A stretch of 64,000 bases of DNA from an uncultured delta proteobacterium (GCA_963822965.1 CAWGJT010000006.1:896001-960000), one strand, 5' to 3'. Shown: positions 41,529 to 50,706, counted from the stretch's first letter. The notes: a model not told the origin generated them from the letters alone. A program made the numbers and translations.

Positions 41529-43589
41529 GTGCAGAGGCTCCGCCCCAGCCCCTCGGTCGCGACGGTCCGCCGTCGAACCACGGCCGTCGCCGTCGCGCTC
41601 GCGTGGGCGTTCCTCGCCGCCCCGCCGTCCGTTGCAGCGACCCGGTCCCCGAACGAGCGTCCCCTGCCCGCCTTCGACGGCGTCACCCTCCAGGGCGAGC
41701 CCCTGTCCATCTCGAGCTACATCGGCAAACGACTCGTGCTCTTCTTCTTCAAGCCGGAGGCGCCCGAGGCCGTGCCGGCCGCGGAAGCCGTGCAGGCCAT
41801 CGCACCGCTGCGCAGCAGCCACAACTTCGAGATCGTCGGGGTGGCGATCGGCTCGACCCGCGCCCAGGCGCGCGCCTTCCGGGACCAGCACCACCTCGCG
41901 TTTCCGATCCTCGACGACTCCACGGCACGCATCACGCGCAGCCTCGGGCTCCAGAACCCGGTGATGATCGTGGCCGCGGACGCCGAGGGCTACATGAGCT
42001 TCGGCACGTCCTACTTCAACGCGAAGCAGGCGGGCGAGGCGGCGCGGGTGGAGGACGACCTGCGCGAAGCCCTGCGACTGCCCGAACGCCAGGCCGACCA
42101 GCTCGGCTTCGGCGAGCGCCCGCGCGCCCCCTTGTTCGAGGCGCCGCGCCTCGAGGGCGGCAAGCCCTTCCGGCTCGAGGACCAGGCGGGCCGGCCGGTC
42201 GTCCTGATCTTCTTCCTGCACACCTGTCCCCACTGCCACGCCGCGCTCGACTCCCTGCTTCCCCTGATCGCGAAGATTCCCGAGGCCCACCGACCGCTGC
42301 TCGTCGCCGTGTCGATCGTGGACGATCCGGCCGCCGTGCGCGCGATGCTCCAGGAACGTCATCTCGACATCCCGGTCGTCCTGCTCGATCCGGGTCGCGA
42401 GCTGCAGCAGCTCTACGGGCTGCGCGGCGGCGTGCCGGACATCTTCTTCCTCGACGGCAATCGGCGCATCGTCCGCCACGTGCAGGGCTGGCGCGAGAAC
42501 CGCGACCCGGCGCTCGCCCGCATGACCATCGCGAAGATCTCGGGAGAGAAGATCCCCTTCCTGCTCAATCCCAAGGGCTACACGGGCAGCGACGTCTGCG
42601 GCGTCTGCCACGAGCTGGAGCTCGAGAGCTGGCAGTACACCCAGCACGCCGAGGCCTTCGACACCCTGGTGACCCACGGCGCCGAGCGCAATCCCGAGTG
42701 CGTCGGATGCCACGTGGTGGGCTTCGACCAGCCGGGGGGCTACACGATCGCCGACGCCCCCAGCCACCTCGAGGACGTCAGCTGCGAGAGCTGCCACGGG
42801 CGCGGCGGCCCGCACCTGTCGAAGGACTTCGTGAAGGACGGCAACTACGAGCCCATCTGCAAGACCTGCCACGACCCGACCCATTCGCTCGGCTTCGACT
42901 ACAAGAGCTTCCGCAAGAACATCTCCCACCTGCAGATCGCCGCGATGACGCCCGCCGAACGCAGCGCGCTCGGCGGATCGCGGCCCGCCCCGCTGATGCC
43001 GACCGGTGCGGCCTACGTCGGCAGCGAAGCGTGCAAGAGCTGCCACCCGAGCGAGTACGCGACGTGGGCGTCGAGCCCGCACGGACATGCCCTCGCCTCT
43101 CTCGAGTCGAAGGGAAAGAGCGAGGACGCCGCCTGCCTCGCCTGCCACACCACGGCCTACGGCCTGCCCGGCGGCTTCCCCAAGGCCGCCAGCCCGGCCC
43201 GGCATCCCGACCTCGCGCGGGTCGGGTGCGAGAGCTGCCACGGTCCCGGAGAGGCCCACATCGCGCCGAAGGCAAAGAAGATCGGCACCATCATCAGCCT
43301 CGGGGACAAGTGCGACTCCTGCGTGATCCTGCAGATCTGCGGCGGCTGCCACGACGAGGCCAACGACCCGGGCTTCGCCTTCGAGGTGGTCGAGAAGATC
43401 GAGCGCCAGCGTCACGGCACCATCGAGCCGGGCACCGGACGACCGCTGGGCGAGAAGAAGGGCGGAAGCGAGCCGGCCGGCACGCACGAGGGCGCCTCCC
43501 GCGGCGACACGCTGCCCGGCGCCGGCGACCTCGCCCTGGCGAGCGACGCACACCTGGCGGGCCGCGTGCTTCGCGCGATCGGGGAGTGA
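41529..43589 (+). CDS. exported fusion of two redoxin (thioredoxin-like) domains and two c554-type tetraheme cytochrome c modules
   Basis: Signal peptide; redoxin 1 without Cys; redoxin 2 with CPHC; eight CxxCH (CGVCH, CVGCH, CESCH, CKTCH, CKSCH, CLACH, CESCH, CGGCH); an extra CDSC. Confidence 0.88.
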   Translation: MQRLRPSPSVATVRRRTTAVAVALAWAFLAAPPSVAATRSPNERPLPAFDGVTLQGEPLSISSYIGKRLVLFFFKPEAPEAVPAAEAVQAIAPLRSSHNFEIVGVAIGSTRAQARAFRDQHHLAFPILDDSTARITRSLGLQNPVMIVAADAEGYMSFGTSYFNAKQAGEAARVEDDLREALRLPERQADQLGFGERPRAPLFEAPRLEGGKPFRLEDQAGRPVVLIFFLHTCPHCHAALDSLLPLIAKIPEAHRPLLVAVSIVDDPAAVRAMLQERHLDIPVVLLDPGRELQQLYGLRGGVPDIFFLDGNRRIVRHVQGWRENRDPALARMTIAKISGEKIPFLLNPKGYTGSDVCGVCHELELESWQYTQHAEAFDTLVTHGAERNPECVGCHVVGFDQPGGYTIADAPSHLEDVSCESCHGRGGPHLSKDFVKDGNYEPICKTCHDPTHSLGFDYKSFRKNISHLQIAAMTPAERSALGGSRPAPLMPTGAAYVGSEACKSCHPSEYATWASSPHGHALASLESKGKSEDAACLACHTTAYGLPGGFPKAASPARHPDLARVGCESCHGPGEAHIAPKAKKIGTIISLGDKCDSCVILQICGGCHDEANDPGFAFEVVEKIERQRHGTIEPGTGRPLGEKKGGSEPAGTHEGASRGDTLPGAGDLALASDAHLAGRVLRAIGE

Positions 43590-44380
43590 AGGTGGCCGCT
43601 GCCAACGTCACCGTCCGGGATTCGGACGACGGCGTCCGGACGCTCACCATCGACCGCGAGTCCCGGCGGAACGCCCTCGACCGGGCCACCTGCGCCGAGC
43701 TGACGGAGGCGTTCCGGGGGGCCGGCGACGATGCCCGGGTACGCGCCCTCGTCCTGCGGGGTGCCGGCGATCGCGCCTTCTGCGCCGGTGCGGACCTGAA
43801 GGAGATGCTGGGACACGAGAGCATCGACGAGAGCCGTGAGCACTTCGACGGCGTGCGCCTCGTGATCGAGGCGATGCACGCGGTCCCGCAGCCGGTGATC
43901 GCACGCGTCTCGGGCTTCGCGCTGGCCGGCGGCTGCGGGCTGGCCGTCGCCGCGGACTTCACGATCGCGGCAGAGAGCGCGGTCTTCGGGCTGCCGGAGA
44001 TCTCGCTCGCGCTTCTGCCGCTGGTGGTCTCCGCACCGCTCTACCGCGCGCTGGGGAGCCGCAAGGTACTGCTCGACCTGGTCCTGACGGGCCGGCGCGT
44101 GAAGGCCGACGAGGCCCGCGCGCTCGGCCTCGCCACCCGGGTCGTTCCGGACGAGCGTCTCGACGGCGAGATCGGCGAGCTCTGCGACGTCCTGTGCAGC
44201 CTGTCGCCCACCGCGCTGCGGATGGGCAAGGAGGCCGTCTACGACCTGTGCGAGATGGAGTACCACGCGGCCATGAAGTACCTGCGCGAGATGATCACCC
44301 TGACCTCGCGGACGGAAGACGCCAGCGAGGGCATCCGAGCGTTCTTCGAGAAGCGGGAGCCCCGGTGGATCGGTCGCTAG
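43586..44380 (+). CDS. enoyl-CoA hydratase/isomerase (crotonase) family protein
   Basis: RRNALD, AFCAGADL, ALAGGCGL, FGLPEISL, EGIRAFFEKREP.W. GTG start overlaps the upstream TGA. Confidence 0.92.
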   Translation: MKVAAANVTVRDSDDGVRTLTIDRESRRNALDRATCAELTEAFRGAGDDARVRALVLRGAGDRAFCAGADLKEMLGHESIDESREHFDGVRLVIEAMHAVPQPVIARVSGFALAGGCGLAVAADFTIAAESAVFGLPEISLALLPLVVSAPLYRALGSRKVLLDLVLTGRRVKADEARALGLATRVVPDERLDGEIGELCDVLCSLSPTALRMGKEAVYDLCEMEYHAAMKYLREMITLTSRTEDASEGIRAFFEKREPRWIGR

Positions 44381-45162
44381 CGGACGACGCCCACGCAATC
44401 CTCGCGGACGCCCGGGAGACCCTGGCGGAGTGGATCGAGGAGGGTGTCGACGGTTGGGAGGACACCCGGGAGCCCCCCGTTGCGGCGGCCCCGGAAGCTC
44501 CGGCGCGCACCCGGGACGCGGGGTTCCGCCTCACCCCGACCGCATCGACCCCCACGGCCCCGGCCGAGGGGGGGACGAGCGCGCCGCCCTGGGGCGACGC
44601 GCCGACCCTCGAAGCGGTGCGCGAGGTCCTCGGCGACTGCCGGCGCTGCGGCCTCTGCGAGGGGCGGCAGCGGATCGTGTTCGGAGACGGCGCCGCCGAC
44701 GCCGACCTGATGTTCGTCGGCGAGGGTCCGGGCGAGCAGGAGGACCGGCAGGGCCTGCCCTTCGTGGGTCGCGCCGGCGAGCTGCTCACGCAGATGATCG
44801 AGAAGGGCCTCGGGATCCCCCGCCGCTCGGTCTACATCTGCAACATCGTGAAGTGCCGGCCGCCCGGAAACCGCACGCCCCTGCCTCCGGAGGTGAACGC
44901 CTGCCACCCCTTCCTGGACGGCCAGATCGACGCCGTGCGGCCGCGGGTGATCGTGGCCCTCGGCAAGCCCGCCGCCAGCCTGCTGCTCGGGCGAGACGTC
45001 GCCATCACCCGCGTCCGCGGCACCTGGCAGGAATACCGGGGCATCCCGCTCATGCCGACCCTGCACCCGGCCTACGTGCTGCGCCAGTACACCGCGGAGA
45101 ACCGGCGCAACGTCTGGGAGGATCTCAAGAAGGCCCTGGCCCGATCCCGCGGCGAGGGCTGA
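44365..45162 (+). CDS. family 4 uracil-DNA glycosylase ([4Fe-4S])
   Basis: CRRCGLC, FVGEGPG..ED..G.PFVG.AG, NIVKCRPP.NR, PTLHPAYVLR. Start approximate. Confidence 0.92.
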   Translation: MDRSLADDAHAILADARETLAEWIEEGVDGWEDTREPPVAAAPEAPARTRDAGFRLTPTASTPTAPAEGGTSAPPWGDAPTLEAVREVLGDCRRCGLCEGRQRIVFGDGAADADLMFVGEGPGEQEDRQGLPFVGRAGELLTQMIEKGLGIPRRSVYICNIVKCRPPGNRTPLPPEVNACHPFLDGQIDAVRPRVIVALGKPAASLLLGRDVAITRVRGTWQEYRGIPLMPTLHPAYVLRQYTAENRRNVWEDLKKALARSRGEG

Positions 45163-45170
45163 CCCCGGCG

Positions 45171-46097
45171 CTACTCGGGCGCGTCGCCCCCAGCCGGCGT
45201 CGCCGACCCCGCCCCCCCGGAGAGCGCGGCATCGAGGCGCTCGACGGTCAGCTCCCCGCGCCTCGCCGCGAGCCGCTCGTCGAGAAGCTCACGGCCGCGG
45301 ACCACGCGCAGCTCGCGGGTCAGCTGGTCGCGGACCTCGTCGAAGTCCCTGCGCACGCCGCGCTTCCGGCTGACGAGCTGCACGAGGTTCCAGCGCCCTT
45401 CCCGGTCCCGGAACGGCTCGCTCACCTCGCCGTCCTGGACGAGGCGATGGGCGGCACCGACGATGGTGCTCGGAATCCGGCGCTGGTCCAGCCACCCGAG
45501 ATCCCCACCCCGCTCGCGCAGCGCAGGGTCGAGGTTCGCCTGCCGGGCGAGGGCCTCGAAGGGCGTCCCCTCGTCGATCTGCTTGCGGATTCGGAGGATC
45601 GTCTCGCGCTCGGGAACGGTGATCTGGCGCAGTTGGAGCCGGGTGACGAGGAAGCGATCGCGCTCCGCCTCGTAGCGCGCCCGCAGCTCCTCGTCGGAGA
45701 ACACGAGATCCCGCTCCAGCGCCTCGAGCAGGGTCTTGCGGGCGAGCTGCTGCTCGGCCGAGCGAGCCCGCGCCTGGATCCCGGTCAGCCGCTTCTGGTA
45801 CTCCGGCGACGCGTCGAGGCCTCGTTCGGACAGCTCGTCCTGGAGCACCCTGCCGGCGATCCAGTCCTGGAGCGCGGCCTCCAGGTCCGGCCGGCGCTCG
45901 GCCCCACCGGGCCGGCGGGCGTCGCGATACGCGGCGAGCAGCTCGAGCTCGGCGCGGCTGACGTCGCGGCCACCCACCCGGGCCGCCGCCGGCGAGGTCC
46001 CTCCCCCGCCGAGTCGGTCGCCGAGCGAACAGCCGGCGACGAGCGCGAAGGCCACGAAGCCGGCGGTCAAGCCCGTGCGGACGAGCGGCCGGGCCAC
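45171..46097 (-). CDS. parvulin-type peptidyl-prolyl isomerase lipoprotein (PrsA/SurA-like)
   Basis: Lipobox LVAGC, FEALARQ…RGGDLGW, GEVSEPF. Confidence 0.8.
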   Translation of the reverse strand: MARPLVRTGLTAGFVAFALVAGCSLGDRLGGGGTSPAAARVGGRDVSRAELELLAAYRDARRPGGAERRPDLEAALQDWIAGRVLQDELSERGLDASPEYQKRLTGIQARARSAEQQLARKTLLEALERDLVFSDEELRARYEAERDRFLVTRLQLRQITVPERETILRIRKQIDEGTPFEALARQANLDPALRERGGDLGWLDQRRIPSTIVGAAHRLVQDGEVSEPFRDREGRWNLVQLVSRKRGVRRDFDEVRDQLTRELRVVRGRELLDERLAARRGELTVERLDAALSGGAGSATPAGGDAPE

Positions 46098-46627
46098 TAG
46101 TCGAAGGGAGTCTCGGGAACGTCGGCGGTCTGCTTGGCACGCAGCTCGTCGAGCTTCTTGCGGACCTGCGGATCGCGCCCGGCCAGGATCGCGCCGGCGA
46201 ACAGCCCCGCATTGCGGGCCCCTGCCTTGCCGATGCCGAAGGTCGCGACCGGAATGCCGCCCGGCATCTGGACCGTCGCGAGGAGCGAATCGAGCCCGTC
46301 GAGGGCCGAGCCGTCCAGAGGCACGCCCAGCACCGGCAGCGGCGTCAGCGCCGCAGTCACCCCCGCCAGGTGCGCAGCGAAGCCGGCCCCGCAGATGAAG
46401 ATCTCGATGCCGCGTCCGGCCGCGGCCTGCACGTAGCTGGCGTGCCGCTCCGGGGTGCGGTGGGCAGAGATGACGCGCACGTCGCAGACGACGCCGAGAT
46501 CGTCCAGGGCGTCCACCGCCGCCTTCATCTGCTTCCAGTCGTTCTTGCTGCCCATCAGAACCGCGACGCGGGCGTCCGCGGGCTCATCCGGCGGCCGCTT
46601 CCCGGAATCGTCGGATTGCGCCCCCAC
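46097..46627 (-). CDS. purE: N5-carboxyaminoimidazole ribonucleotide mutase
   Basis: VAVLMGS, ISAHRTPE, GAGFAAHLAG, PVLGVP, VQMPGGIPVAT. GTG start after GAGGAGG. Confidence 0.95.
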   Translation of the reverse strand: MGAQSDDSGKRPPDEPADARVAVLMGSKNDWKQMKAAVDALDDLGVVCDVRVISAHRTPERHASYVQAAAGRGIEIFICGAGFAAHLAGVTAALTPLPVLGVPLDGSALDGLDSLLATVQMPGGIPVATFGIGKAGARNAGLFAGAILAGRDPQVRKKLDELRAKQTADVPETPFD

Positions 46628-46819
46628 CCTCTTCCTCCTCTTCGCCCTCTTCGCCCTCTTTGCGCGCTTCGCGCTCTCGAAGGCTTCCTCCGCCCTGGCG
46701 TGCCCGTCCTCGCCGCGCAGCCGGAGCCTTGATACCAAAGCCGGCACGCGGCGGGTAGCACCCGCCGGCCGGGAACGCCCGATGGCCCCACCGCGACCGA
46801 TGGGATATCCCTCGTCCGC

Positions 46820-47683
46820 ATGACGACGCGCGCGCGCCGCATCTCGCCCGCGACGGCCCTGTGCGGGGTGATCCTGCACCCAGCGGGACACACCCTCTCG
46901 CCGGCGATGCACAACGCCGCCTTCGCGGCCCTGGGCATCGACGCCGTCTACCTCGCCTTCGACGTACCTCCCGCGTCCCTCGCGGACGCCATGCGGGGCA
47001 TGCGCGCCCTGGGCGTGCGGCAGCTCTCCGTCTCCATTCCGCACAAGCAGGCGGTGATGGCCTGCCTGGACGCGGTGGACGAGACTGCCCGGCGGATCGG
47101 CGCCGTCAACACCGTCACCCGGGAGGGCGATCGGCTGGTGGGCAGCAACAGCGACTGGCAGGGCGTCGTCGAGACCCTCGAGCACGAGGGCGGCTGCAGG
47201 CTGGCGGGGTGCCGGGCGGTGGTGCTGGGAGCCGGCGGCGCGGCGCGGGCCGCCACCTTCGGCCTGCTCGAGCGAGGCGCCCTGGTGACGGTGCTCAACC
47301 GCACCGAGGCCCGAGCCGCGGAGCTCGCCGGCGCCCTGGGCGCCCAGAACGCCGGCGGCCTGGACGATCTCGCCGGCAGCGACTACGACGTGCTCGTGAA
47401 CACGACGAGCGTGGGGCTGCGAGAGGACGCGTCGCCGGTGGGGGCCGACGCCCTGCGGCGGGGGACCGTCGTGCTCGACGCCGTCTACGACCCGATCGAG
47501 ACGACGCTGCTGCGCCATGCGCGCCAGCAGGGCGCGAAGACATTGTCCGGAAAGTGGTGGCTCGTTCGACAGGCCGGCGCGCAGCTCGAGCGCTGGACCC
47601 AGCGCGAAGCGCCGGTGGCGGTGATGGCCCGGGCGTTCGACGAGGCAGGCCAGGTGGAGCCGGCCCCGCCCGAAGGCAGCTAG
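46820..47683 (+). CDS. aroE: shikimate dehydrogenase
   Basis: HTLSPAMHN, VSIPHKQ, IGAVNT, NSDWQG, GAGGAARA, NRT, DAVYDP.ET. Confidence 0.93.
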   Translation: MTTRARRISPATALCGVILHPAGHTLSPAMHNAAFAALGIDAVYLAFDVPPASLADAMRGMRALGVRQLSVSIPHKQAVMACLDAVDETARRIGAVNTVTREGDRLVGSNSDWQGVVETLEHEGGCRLAGCRAVVLGAGGAARAATFGLLERGALVTVLNRTEARAAELAGALGAQNAGGLDDLAGSDYDVLVNTTSVGLREDASPVGADALRRGTVVLDAVYDPIETTLLRHARQQGAKTLSGKWWLVRQAGAQLERWTQREAPVAVMARAFDEAGQVEPAPPEGS

Positions 47684-47685
47684 AG

Positions 47686-47749
47686 CCGCGAGGCTGAAGC
47701 TACGAGAGGCCCGCGAGGCTGAAGCTACGAGAGGCCCGCGAGGCCGAAG
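47686..47749. repeat. 25-bp tandem repeat (about 2.6 copies) between convergent aroE and ferredoxin
   Basis: CCGCGAGGCTGAAGCTACGAGAGGC at 47686 and 47711, partial at 47736. Confidence 0.85.
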
Positions 47750-47782
47750 CCGCCCGGGGCGGGATCGGGCTACCCGGCGCGC

Positions 47783-48136
47783 TCAGCCGTCGTAGCCCCA
47801 CTTCAGCTTGTTGGCCTTCACCTGCTCCGGAGTGGGCACTTCCTGGTCGATCTTCTCCGGAACCTCGAAGTCGTCGCGGGTCTCCACGATCTTGGCGTTG
47901 AGCGCGATGTCCGCCTGGAAGACCTCGGGCACCTGCTCGTCCTCGAAGATCGCCTCCCACGGGCACTCCGGCTCGCACACCCCGCAGTTGATGCACTCCT
48001 CGGGATCGATGAAGAGCTGGTTCGGCCACGTGCCTTCGCCCTCGCCCTTGTACTGGACGATGCAGTCGACGGGACAGACCTCCACACAGGACATGTCCAC
48101 GCAATCTCGACACAGGCTGGTGATCACCCAGGTCAT
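47783..48136 (-). CDS. dicluster (7Fe/8Fe) ferredoxin, FdxA-like
   Basis: [17 protein letters not shown] and [17 protein letters not shown]. Confidence 0.92.
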   Translation of the reverse strand: MTWVITSLCRDCVDMSCVEVCPVDCIVQYKGEGEGTWPNQLFIDPEECINCGVCEPECPWEAIFEDEQVPEVFQADIALNAKIVETRDDFEVPEKIDQEVPTPEQVKANKLKWGYDG

Positions 48137-48297
48137 CGTTCCTCTCCCATCCTTCCTTGGTTCGCGCTTCGTTGGAGGTGGCGCTTCGTCGACAGTAGAG
48201 CTTCGCGGGGTTCTCGGGCTCGGGCTTCGATGGGCGAAATCGGCGAAACGCACGTGCCCTGGCCCGTCCCATGGGGCGATTCGGCGCGCCGCCCAGT

Positions 48298-48465
48298 CTA
48301 CTTGAGCTTCGTCTCTTTGTAGAGGACGTGCTTGCGGACCACCGGATCGTACTTCTTGAACTCGAGCTTGTGGGGCGTGTTGGTGCGGTTCTTCGAGGTG
48401 GTGTAGAAGTGGCCCGTCCCGGCGGTGGATTCGAGCTTGATCTTCTCGCGCTTGCTCTTGGCCAT
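48298..48465 (-). CDS. rpmG: 50S ribosomal protein L33, Cys-free (non-zinc) type
   Basis: Not in the ORF track; read manually as [63 protein letters not shown]. Confidence 0.96.
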   Translation of the reverse strand: MAKSKREKIKLESTAGTGHFYTTSKNRTNTPHKLEFKKYDPVVRKHVLYKETKLK

Positions 48466-48522
48466 GAATGATTCTCCTGCGCTCGCGCCCTGGTGCCTCT
48501 GGGCTCTGGTGCCGGGGTCCTG

Positions 48523-48604
48523 GTGCCCTCGGAAAAGTGCCCTCGGAAAAGTGCCCTCGGAAAAGTGCCCTCGGAAAAGTGCCCTTGGAAAAGTGCCCTT
48601 GGGA
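48523..48604. repeat. 14-bp tandem repeat (VNTR), 5 full copies plus a partial
   Basis: GTGCCCTCGGAAAA x4, GTGCCCTTGGAAAA, GTGCCCTTGGGA. Confidence 0.95.
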
Positions 48605-48622
48605 GAAGCGGCGACCGCGAGG

Positions 48623-48952
48623 TCAGCCGCGCGCCGGCTGGGGCACGGCCTGCCCGCCGCGCACGAACACGCGAGTCCGCTTGCCGTCCTGCTCTTCGAT
48701 CCGCACGCGCGAGGGCTTGTGGTCCCCGGTGTGGACGAGCATGACGTTGGAGGCGTCGACGTAGCCTTCCTGCTCGACGATCCCGCCCTGGCGAGCGCCG
48801 CGGCGACCGGGACGCAGGTGCCGCTTCTGCATCCGCACGCCCTCGACGCGAACCTTGCGACGCGGGACGTCGACCGCGATCACGCGGCCCTGCTTGCCGC
48901 GGTCCGCTCCCGTGATGACCTGCACGAGGTCACCCTTTCGAACGTTCATCAT
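48623..48952 (-). CDS. rplX: 50S ribosomal protein L24 (stand-alone copy)
   Basis: [21 protein letters not shown] (KOW), VEGV…[22 protein letters not shown]. Confidence 0.9.
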   Translation of the reverse strand: MMNVRKGDLVQVITGADRGKQGRVIAVDVPRRKVRVEGVRMQKRHLRPGRRGARQGGIVEQEGYVDASNVMLVHTGDHKPSRVRIEEQDGKRTRVFVRGGQAVPQPARG

Positions 48953-49148
48953 GGGTCCCTGAAGCCTCCCGAAGGACCGCAAGGTGTGCGCCAGTGAAAG
49001 GGTTTCGTCAAGGGCTCCCGCGGGGCGAGGAGACGCGGACAGGGCCACCCCCCGGGTGTACGTGGTACGCTCCGGCCCCTGCGGCGGCCGGCACCCGGCC
49101 ATCCGGCGGAATCCGGCGCCGAATCGACGAGCGACGAGGGGAGAGCGC

Positions 49149-50648
49149 GTGGGAAAGCGAATCGGCCTGGGCGGGGGCCTGCTGCTGCTGGGGGTCATTC
49201 TCGCCTGTCGCTACGTGCTACCCGAGCGCTTCGCAGTGAATGCGCCGGTGCTCCAGATGCTCTTCGGCGTGGCCGGGGAGACGCCGGACGCGAACGAGAT
49301 CGACCGCATGCGGGTGCCCGAGGGATTCTCGATCGGCGTGTGGGCGGAGGGGATCCCGGCGACCCCGCGCATGCTGCACTTCACCGACGCGGGCGATCTC
49401 CTCGTGACGACCCCCCGCAGCGGCGCCGTGGTGCTGCTGGAACGCGATTCAGACGGAGACGGCCGGAGTGACGGCCAGCAGGTGCTGCTCTCGGACCTGA
49501 ACCGGCCACACGGCGTCACCACCCGGGACGGGTGGCTCTACGTCGGCGAGACGGACGCCATCGTCCGGGTGCGCTTCGATGCCGCGAGCCGCAGCGTCCA
49601 GGGCGAGCCGACCCGCATCGTGGCGGGCCTTCCGGGCGGCGGAAACCACTGGACGAAGAGCCTCGCCTTCGGACCCGACGGCTGGCTCTACGTGCACGTC
49701 GGCTCGTCGTGCAACGTGTGCATCGAGGAGGACGAGAGGCGCGCGACCCTGATGCGCTTCCGGCCCGACGGCAGCGACGGCGAGATCTACGCCACCGGCC
49801 TGCGCAACTCCGTGGGCTTCGACTGGCAGCCCGGCACCGGCCAGCTCTACGCGACCGACAACGGCCGCGACCTGCTCGGGGACGACTTCCCGCCGTGCGA
49901 GCTCAACCGCATCGTGAAGGGCGGCTTCTACGGGTGGCCGATCGCGAACGGCGATCGCGTCCCCGACCCGGACTTCGGCGAAGGCCAGGACGAGCGCATC
50001 GCGGCCTCGATTCCGCCGGCGCACGGCTTCCGTGCCCACAACGCACCCCTCGGCATGACCTTCGTGCGAGACGAGAACGCGCCCGAATCCCTGCGAGGCG
50101 CGGCGCTCGTCGCGCTGCACGGCTCCTGGAACCGCACCCGGAAGGACGGCTACGAGGTCGTGTCCCTCCACTGGCAGCCGGACGGCCGCATCCAGGAGCG
50201 CGACTTCGCCACCGGCTTCGAGGTCGACGAGGACGTGATCGGCCGGCCCGTGGACGTCGTCGAGGGGCCGGACGGAGCCTTCTACGTCTCCGACGACTAC
50301 GCGGGCCTGGTCTGGCGCATCGCGTACGGCGCCAGCGCTCCGTCGCCGGCCCGCGGCCCGCGGGCCGCGGTCTCCGATCCGCTCGCGGCGCTCGCACCGG
50401 ACGAGCGGGAGGACCTCGCGCGCCAGGGACGAGCCCTCTACGAGCGCAACGCCTGTGCGGCCTGCCACGAGACGGGACGCGCGCCCGGCGGCGTCGCCGT
50501 GAAGCGCCTGGAGAACCTCGCATCCCGCTACACGATCGAGAGCCTCGCCCTGCTCTTCACCACGCCGCCGCAGCCGATGCCGACCTACCCGCTCAGCGCC
50601 GGGGAGCGACGGGCCCTGGCGGTGCACCTGCTGGTCCAGCATCCCTGA
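49149..50648 (+). CDS. PQQ-dependent sugar/sorbosone dehydrogenase with C-terminal cytochrome c
   Basis: Propeller motifs LNRPHG, GPDGWLY, GSSCNVC, GLRNSVG, HGSWNR, GRPVDV…YVSDD. C-terminal CAACH…MP. Confidence 0.9.
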   Translation: MGKRIGLGGGLLLLGVILACRYVLPERFAVNAPVLQMLFGVAGETPDANEIDRMRVPEGFSIGVWAEGIPATPRMLHFTDAGDLLVTTPRSGAVVLLERDSDGDGRSDGQQVLLSDLNRPHGVTTRDGWLYVGETDAIVRVRFDAASRSVQGEPTRIVAGLPGGGNHWTKSLAFGPDGWLYVHVGSSCNVCIEEDERRATLMRFRPDGSDGEIYATGLRNSVGFDWQPGTGQLYATDNGRDLLGDDFPPCELNRIVKGGFYGWPIANGDRVPDPDFGEGQDERIAASIPPAHGFRAHNAPLGMTFVRDENAPESLRGAALVALHGSWNRTRKDGYEVVSLHWQPDGRIQERDFATGFEVDEDVIGRPVDVVEGPDGAFYVSDDYAGLVWRIAYGASAPSPARGPRAAVSDPLAALAPDEREDLARQGRALYERNACAACHETGRAPGGVAVKRLENLASRYTIESLALLFTTPPQPMPTYPLSAGERRALAVHLLVQHP

Positions 50649-50706
50649 GCACCCGCCCGGGCGCGTGAGGCTCCCGCCCGATCCCGAAGAGGATGGACCC
50701 GTTCCC

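Noticed and set aside
42225..42239. CPHCH counted as a ninth heme site
   Set aside because: It sits at the active-site position of a thioredoxin fold (VVLIFF…CPHC), so it is more likely a redox CxxC.
46628..46680. Basic AKRAKRAKRAKRRKR extension on PurE
   Set aside because: It lies upstream of a GTG with a good RBS. The 9-bp purine-rich repeat is more simply 5' UTR, although an upstream start cannot be excluded.
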